54,968 bases of DNA, from positions 1-54,968 of the IMG/VR virus record IMGVR_UViG_3300026097_000029, one strand, 5' to 3'. A program made the position numbers and the translations under genes. A model generated the notes under the pieces. The model saw nothing but the letters and a program-made list of their open reading frames with translations, was not told the DNA's origin and made no database searches. The stretch is from a virus (Duplodnaviria > Caudoviricetes). Positions 51,217 through 54,968 of this stretch are shown one piece after another. The first letter of the stretch is position 1, and the number at the start of each line of letters is the position of its first letter.

Positions 51217-51253
51217 GTGTGTAGTACGGGCAAATAAGCAAAAACTTTGAATT

Positions 51254-51802
51254 ATGAAATTAGATTTAATTACAAACAAAGCAGAAAAAACAACTGCACG
51301 AAATGAAAATGATGAGTTCTATACTCCAAATTATGCAATAGAGCCTTTGTTAAAATATTTAAAACCTAATAGTTATGTATGGTGTCCTTTTGATTTGGCG
51401 AAAAGTAACTTTGTAAAACTATTAGTTGCAAATGGGCATAAGGTTTTAAATACGCACATCGAAAACGGTTTTGACTTTTTTGAATATGAGCCACCAAGTG
51501 AAATTGATTACATAATAAGTAATCCGCCTTACTCACTAAAACATGAAGTATTTAGCAAACTGTTTGAATTAGGAAAACCATTTGCAATGCTTGTAGGTGT
51601 TGTTGGATTGTTTGAAAGCCAAAAAAGATTTACAATGTTTGCGGACAATGATTTTGAAATAATGTATTTTGATAAGCGAGTAAGTTACTTTAAGGATTAC
51701 GCAGACGTAAAGCCAAAACTTAACCCACCGTTTTCGAGTGTATTTTTAACAAAGGATATACTACCTAAACAAGTTGTTTTTGAAAGGATAACTAAAAAGT
51801 AG
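51254..51802 (+). CDS. Phage adenine methyltransferase-like protein
   Basis: DEFYTP, WCPFD, DFF, ISNPPYS motifs. Confidence 0.8.
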   Translation: MKLDLITNKAEKTTARNENDEFYTPNYAIEPLLKYLKPNSYVWCPFDLAKSNFVKLLVANGHKVLNTHIENGFDFFEYEPPSEIDYIISNPPYSLKHEVFSKLFELGKPFAMLVGVVGLFESQKRFTMFADNDFEIMYFDKRVSYFKDYADVKPKLNPPFSSVFLTKDILPKQVVFERITKK

Positions 51803-51812
51803 TATTACTCAC

Positions 51813-51898
51813 AACGGTAGGTATATGGTTAGTGCGCCTACCACAAACGATTGAATTAAGCACTAACATAACTTGGCGCATTAACTATATACATTGTT
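51813..51898 (+). repeat. attC-like hairpin
   Basis: GTATATGGTTAGTGCGCC / GGCGCATTAACTATATAC. Confidence 0.85.
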
Positions 51899-51920
51899 GT
51901 GTGCCGTTAATTTTAAGGAT

Positions 51921-52184
51921 ATGTTGAATATAGAAGCGGAAGGTTTTGTATTTAAGTATGAAGAAAAAGGCAATCATAACAAAGCCTACACAAAGCCGTA
52001 CACAAATCACTCAAGAGGGTATTCGGATAGAATGATTGATGTTATTTATAATGACAAAAACAATTGGGTATTAATTTGCCAAGGAGATGATGAAACCCCT
52101 TGGGGTGATTGGGAAACAATGTTTGCTGGACAAATACAAAACCAACAAGATTTTAAAAAAGTGCTTGAAATGGTCATCGTTTAA
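51921..52184 (+). CDS. Cassette-borne hypothetical protein
   Basis: ATG 51921; stop within the terminal repeat TTAATGGCACACAAC. Confidence 0.65.
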   Translation: MLNIEAEGFVFKYEEKGNHNKAYTKPYTNHSRGYSDRMIDVIYNDKNNWVLICQGDDETPWGDWETMFAGQIQNQQDFKKVLEMVIV

Positions 52185-52192
52185 TGGCACAC

Positions 52193-52315
52193 AACGGCTC
52201 AGTATAAAAAATCGTAGCGGATAGATACCGCTTAAATGTCAAATTATAAATAACTTAATAAAATGGAACAAACATCGAATAACAGAAACCCCCGCTATGT
52301 TTTTTATACATTGTT
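52193..52315 (+). repeat. attC-like hairpin
   Basis: GTATAAAAAATCGTAGCGG / CCGCTATGTTTTTTATAC. Confidence 0.85.
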
Positions 52316-52463
52316 GGCGGTAGTGCTTTTAATTACTGCCTGTTCGGGTGATAGCGAAAGTAGCTCACAATTTTCTGAATGGCTTAAACAACCGATAACA
52401 GAAATGAGCATATTTGAATTGATATTGGTTGTAGGTTTTGTTGGACTGCTTACACGGTCTTAG
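52263..52463 (+). CDS. Small putative lipoprotein reading through the site
   Basis: Hydrophobic stretch ending in lipobox-like ITAC; C-terminal TM helix. Confidence 0.55.
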   Translation: MEQTSNNRNPRYVFYTLLAVVLLITACSGDSESSSQFSEWLKQPITEMSIFELILVVGFVGLLTRS

Positions 52464-52473
52464 CATTACCGCC

Positions 52474-52586
52474 AACGTAATTGTATATGGTGCGTTGCAT
52501 CACAAAATTTAATTAATAAAAATAAAGATAATGGAAGTAGAAGAACGATATAAAAAACCACAAGGCAATGCACTATATACATTGTT
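52474..52586 (+). repeat. attC-like hairpin
   Basis: GTATATGGTGCGTTGC / GCAATGCACTATATAC. Confidence 0.85.
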
Positions 52587-52740
52587 AGCAGCAGTTAAAC
52601 TTGCTTATGGGCAATACAAACTTGATGTGGACTACGTAAAAAATAAAAGTAATATATGGGAAGGGAAGCCATATAGTTGGGGATTAACTCATTGGGCAAT
52701 AGCAAAACATAGGTTCTATTGGTTTGTCATTAAACGCTAA
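52531..52740 (+). CDS. Small hypothetical protein reading through the site
   Basis: Starts in the hairpin loop; ALYTLLAAV is encoded by the arm and GTT junction. Confidence 0.55.
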   Translation: MEVEERYKKPQGNALYTLLAAVKLAYGQYKLDVDYVKNKSNIWEGKPYSWGLTHWAIAKHRFYWFVIKR

Positions 52741-52748
52741 TTGCTGCT

Positions 52749-52805
52749 AACGGACGAGTATATGCGAAGTGCTGACGATAGGAAGCATTGCGTATATACA
52801 TTGTT
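52749..52805 (+). repeat. attC-like hairpin
   Basis: GTATATGCGAAGTGCT / AGCATTGCGTATATAC. Confidence 0.85.
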
Positions 52806-52841
52806 AGGTGCAGTACGGTATTAATATAACAAAACTAAAAT

Positions 52842-53606
52842 ATGAAACAAACAGAATTATTCTTATTTGACAAAGTAGTGAACATTGACGGAGATGTAGC
52901 GAAATTCAAAAACCGAGAGATAAAAGCAAAAGAAATCTTTACTATACGTGAGATTGACAAGAAAATAGCTTACGCATTTATTAAACAATACCACTACTTA
53001 AAAGATGCTAAGTTCTTTGCAAAATATTCTTATGGACTTTATATTGATAATGTACTAGTTGGCTGCTCTACTTTTAGCAACCCACAAGGTATAAGTGCAA
53101 TGAAAAGTTGGTTTGGATTACCTAATAGCGACCAAAGTGTATTAGAACTTAGCAGACTGTGTATGTTACCTAAACTTAATGGTACAAACGCAACAAGCTA
53201 TTTACTTGGCAATAGTATGAAGATGCTAAAACAAAAGGAAGTTAAGGCTGTAATTACATTAGCTGATGATAGTAGGCACGTTGGAAGTATTTACCAAGTT
53301 TGCAATTTTAAATACTATGGCTTAACTGATAAAAAAACTGATTTCTTTTGTGCTGATGGTAGAGTGAACCCAAGAGGCAAAACAAAGGATTTAGAAGGTG
53401 TTTGGCTACCAAGAACACAAAAGCATAGATACGCTTTTTTATTGGATAAGAAAATGAATGTTTTGCTGAGTGAGAGTGAACGACCTACACTTGAAGATAC
53501 AAGCGAATATGATTGCTGTAACGGAACTAATAAGGTTTTTGATAAGCGATTTAATAAGCACTACACTTGCCCAAAATGCACAGGTGTAATTGAAGAACTA
53601 ATGTAG
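52842..53606 (+). CDS. Mom-like (GNAT-fold) DNA modification protein
   Basis: QYHY, LELSRL, LADDSRHVGSIYQVCNFKYYG, KHRY. Confidence 0.75.
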   Translation: MKQTELFLFDKVVNIDGDVAKFKNREIKAKEIFTIREIDKKIAYAFIKQYHYLKDAKFFAKYSYGLYIDNVLVGCSTFSNPQGISAMKSWFGLPNSDQSVLELSRLCMLPKLNGTNATSYLLGNSMKMLKQKEVKAVITLADDSRHVGSIYQVCNFKYYGLTDKKTDFFCADGRVNPRGKTKDLEGVWLPRTQKHRYAFLLDKKMNVLLSESERPTLEDTSEYDCCNGTNKVFDKRFNKHYTCPKCTGVIEELM

Positions 53607-53616
53607 TATTGCACCT

Positions 53617-53806
53617 AACTGGTCGGTGATAACGCTAGTTGCGATGGATTAATAAACTAAAAATAAAAAAAATGGATATAGATAAAATAGTAGATAGCAA
53701 AGTGATAACAATGACTAATTTAAGCGGTAAAAAATCAAAAGTGCTATTTCTTAAAAACGAAACTGAAATAGAAGCATTTAAAGAGCAATTAGCGTTATTA
53801 CGTGTT
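53617..53806 (+). repeat. attC-like hairpin
   Basis: GTGATAACGCTAGTTGC / GCAATTAGCGTTATTAC. Confidence 0.85.
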
Positions 53807-53917
53807 AGTTGCCAAAGGGAACAGTTAAAGGCGTTCGGTGAAATTATAGCACAAAAAATGCATAATGGAGAAGAATTCAATTTAACAAAAGAAGTAGAAA
53901 ACTTTATTAGCCTTTAA
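53672..53917 (+). CDS. Hypothetical protein reading through the site
   Basis: ATG 53672 in the loop; QLALLRVSC is encoded by the arm and junction. Confidence 0.55.
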   Translation: MDIDKIVDSKVITMTNLSGKKSKVLFLKNETEIEAFKEQLALLRVSCQREQLKAFGEIIAQKMHNGEEFNLTKEVENFISL

Positions 53918-53925
53918 TTGCAACT

Positions 53926-54829
53926 AACGTATTGGTATATGGTTAGTGCCGTGTAAATAGCACAGACTTTTAAATTAATAAAAGAAGTAATAATTAAAAT
54001 ATTTTTTATGAGCGTGGGCAAAAAATATAAAGTAGTTGAAGTAACTTTAAATGATATAGAAGAATGGCTATTGTATAAGCACTATGCCAAAAGAAAATGC
54101 AATGTAATGTTTGCTTATGCTTTAGTTGATAATAATGAAATTATTGGTGTTTGTACTTTAGGTATGCCACCTACTCCATTTTTTAGTAAATTGTTTGATA
54201 AAGGGACTTACTTAGAATTAAACAGACTAATAACAAATGATGGTCTACCTAAAAATACACTTTCTTTTTTTGTCGCAAATATTTTAAATAAGATAGGTGA
54301 TTATGTGGTTGTTTCTTATTCTGACCCAAATAACGGACATAATGGATATATTTATCAAGCTACTAATTGGATTTATACTGGTGCAGGTAGGGTAAACCAA
54401 AAAGACAAAAGAGGTGTAAATAAGTTTTTTTACAATGGTAAAGAATACCACGAAAGGCATATACCAGAAACAATGTCAAGATTAGGATTTAATATAGATA
54501 ATGATAAAACAAAAAACGAAAATTGGATAAATAACGGTGGTGAGATAGTACCACAAAAAAGAAAACATAGGTATTTTTATATTTGCGGTAATAAAAGGTT
54601 TGTAAAAAAGAACAAGAAAATAATAGAAAATTATTTTGACATTTACAATTACCCAAAAGAAGAGAATACAAACTATGATGCAAGTTATATTGTAAAAAAC
54701 AAATATATAAAACCTAAATTGTTTTGATAAAAACAAAAGAGCGTGGGCAAAAAAATATTTTAATTATGGACAAACAGACACAAATTATTGAATTAAGCAC
54801 GGACTTAGGCATTAACTATATGCCGTGTT
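53926..54829 (+). repeat. attC-like hairpin split by a nested gene insertion
   Basis: GGTATATGGTTAGTGCC (53934-53950) / GGCATTAACTATATGCC (54808-54824). Confidence 0.8.
54008..54727 (+). CDS. Mom-like (GNAT-fold) DNA modification protein
   Basis: KHYAKR, LELNRL, SYSDPNNGHNGYIYQATNWIYTG, KHRY. Confidence 0.8.
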   Translation: MSVGKKYKVVEVTLNDIEEWLLYKHYAKRKCNVMFAYALVDNNEIIGVCTLGMPPTPFFSKLFDKGTYLELNRLITNDGLPKNTLSFFVANILNKIGDYVVVSYSDPNNGHNGYIYQATNWIYTGAGRVNQKDKRGVNKFFYNGKEYHERHIPETMSRLGFNIDNDKTKNENWINNGGEIVPQKRKHRYFYICGNKRFVKKNKKIIENYFDIYNYPKEENTNYDASYIVKNKYIKPKLF

Positions 54830-54888
54830 GTAGCATCGTTTTAATGTGCTACAACACCGAATAACAAAACATTAAAAACATTAACCCT

Positions 54889-54968
54889 ATGAAACTACTT
54901 GAAAACGTTGCGGAAAGATATATTGAAAGTTCTAATAAAGGAGCAATAAATTATACAGATGAGCTTAA
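54889..54968 (+). CDS. 5' end of a hypothetical protein truncated by the window edge
   Basis: ATG 54889 after A-rich leader; open to the end of the window. Confidence 0.45.
   Translation, partial: MKLLENVAERYIESSNKGAINYTDEL

Larger units (their letters stand above)
49484..54866 (+). mobile_element. Cassette array 2: nine GTT...AAC cassettes alternating with AAC...GTT hairpins
   Basis: Cassettes 49754-50017, 50059-50985, 51214-51815, 51896-52195, 52313-52476, 52584-52751, 52803-53619, 53804-53928 and 54827-54855, each with its own terminal inverted repeat; the intervening segments are also self-complementary. Confidence 0.85.

Noticed and set aside
49634-54855. CRISPR array
   Set aside because: The repeats differ in sequence, spacing is irregular and gene-sized, and there are no cas genes.
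49634-54855. Array hairpins as simple intrinsic terminators
   Set aside because: No U-tracts follow them, loops reach hundreds of bases, GTT/AAC ends are invariant, and ORFs read through them. An RNA-processing role is still possible.
144-54866. Complete classical integron or insertion sequences
   Set aside because: No tyrosine recombinase or transposase is recognisable in the window, there are no target-site duplications at cassette ends, and the wobble bias is on the opposite strand.
54889-54968. Window as a closed circular genome joining both arrays
   Set aside because: Only TTAA overlaps between the ends, the reading frames do not join through it, and replication genes are missing.
1-54968. 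tRNA or rRNA genes
   Set aside because: No cloverleaf or rRNA-like segment was recognised by eye; tRNAscan-SE would be needed to exclude tRNAs.

Overview
AT-rich window from a lytic, podovirus-like dsDNA phage, most likely infecting Bacteroidota (Flavobacteriia), judged from repeated TAnnTTTG promoter motifs and A-rich, SD-less translation starts. The minus strand (1.8-36.4 kb) carries the virion and lysis modules: fibre/spike proteins, two holins, an amidase, a T5 A1-like nuclease, terminase, portal, scaffold, capsid, tail and internal virion proteins. Next come groEL-groES, small genes with thyA, a ~1 kb AT-rich non-coding region and short early genes. The standout feature is two integron-like gene-cassette arrays (144-1466 and ~49484-54866). 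They consist of strictly alternating self-complementary segments, GTT-stem..cargo..stem'-AAC and AAC-arm..loop..arm'-GTT. Stem mismatches are overwhelmingly top-strand G.T wobbles, and both arrays end in the same motif. The cargo is dominated by DNA-modification enzymes (four methyltransferase-like and two Mom-like). No recombinase or DNA polymerase is recognisable in the window. All product calls come from motif recognition and gene context, not from database searches.
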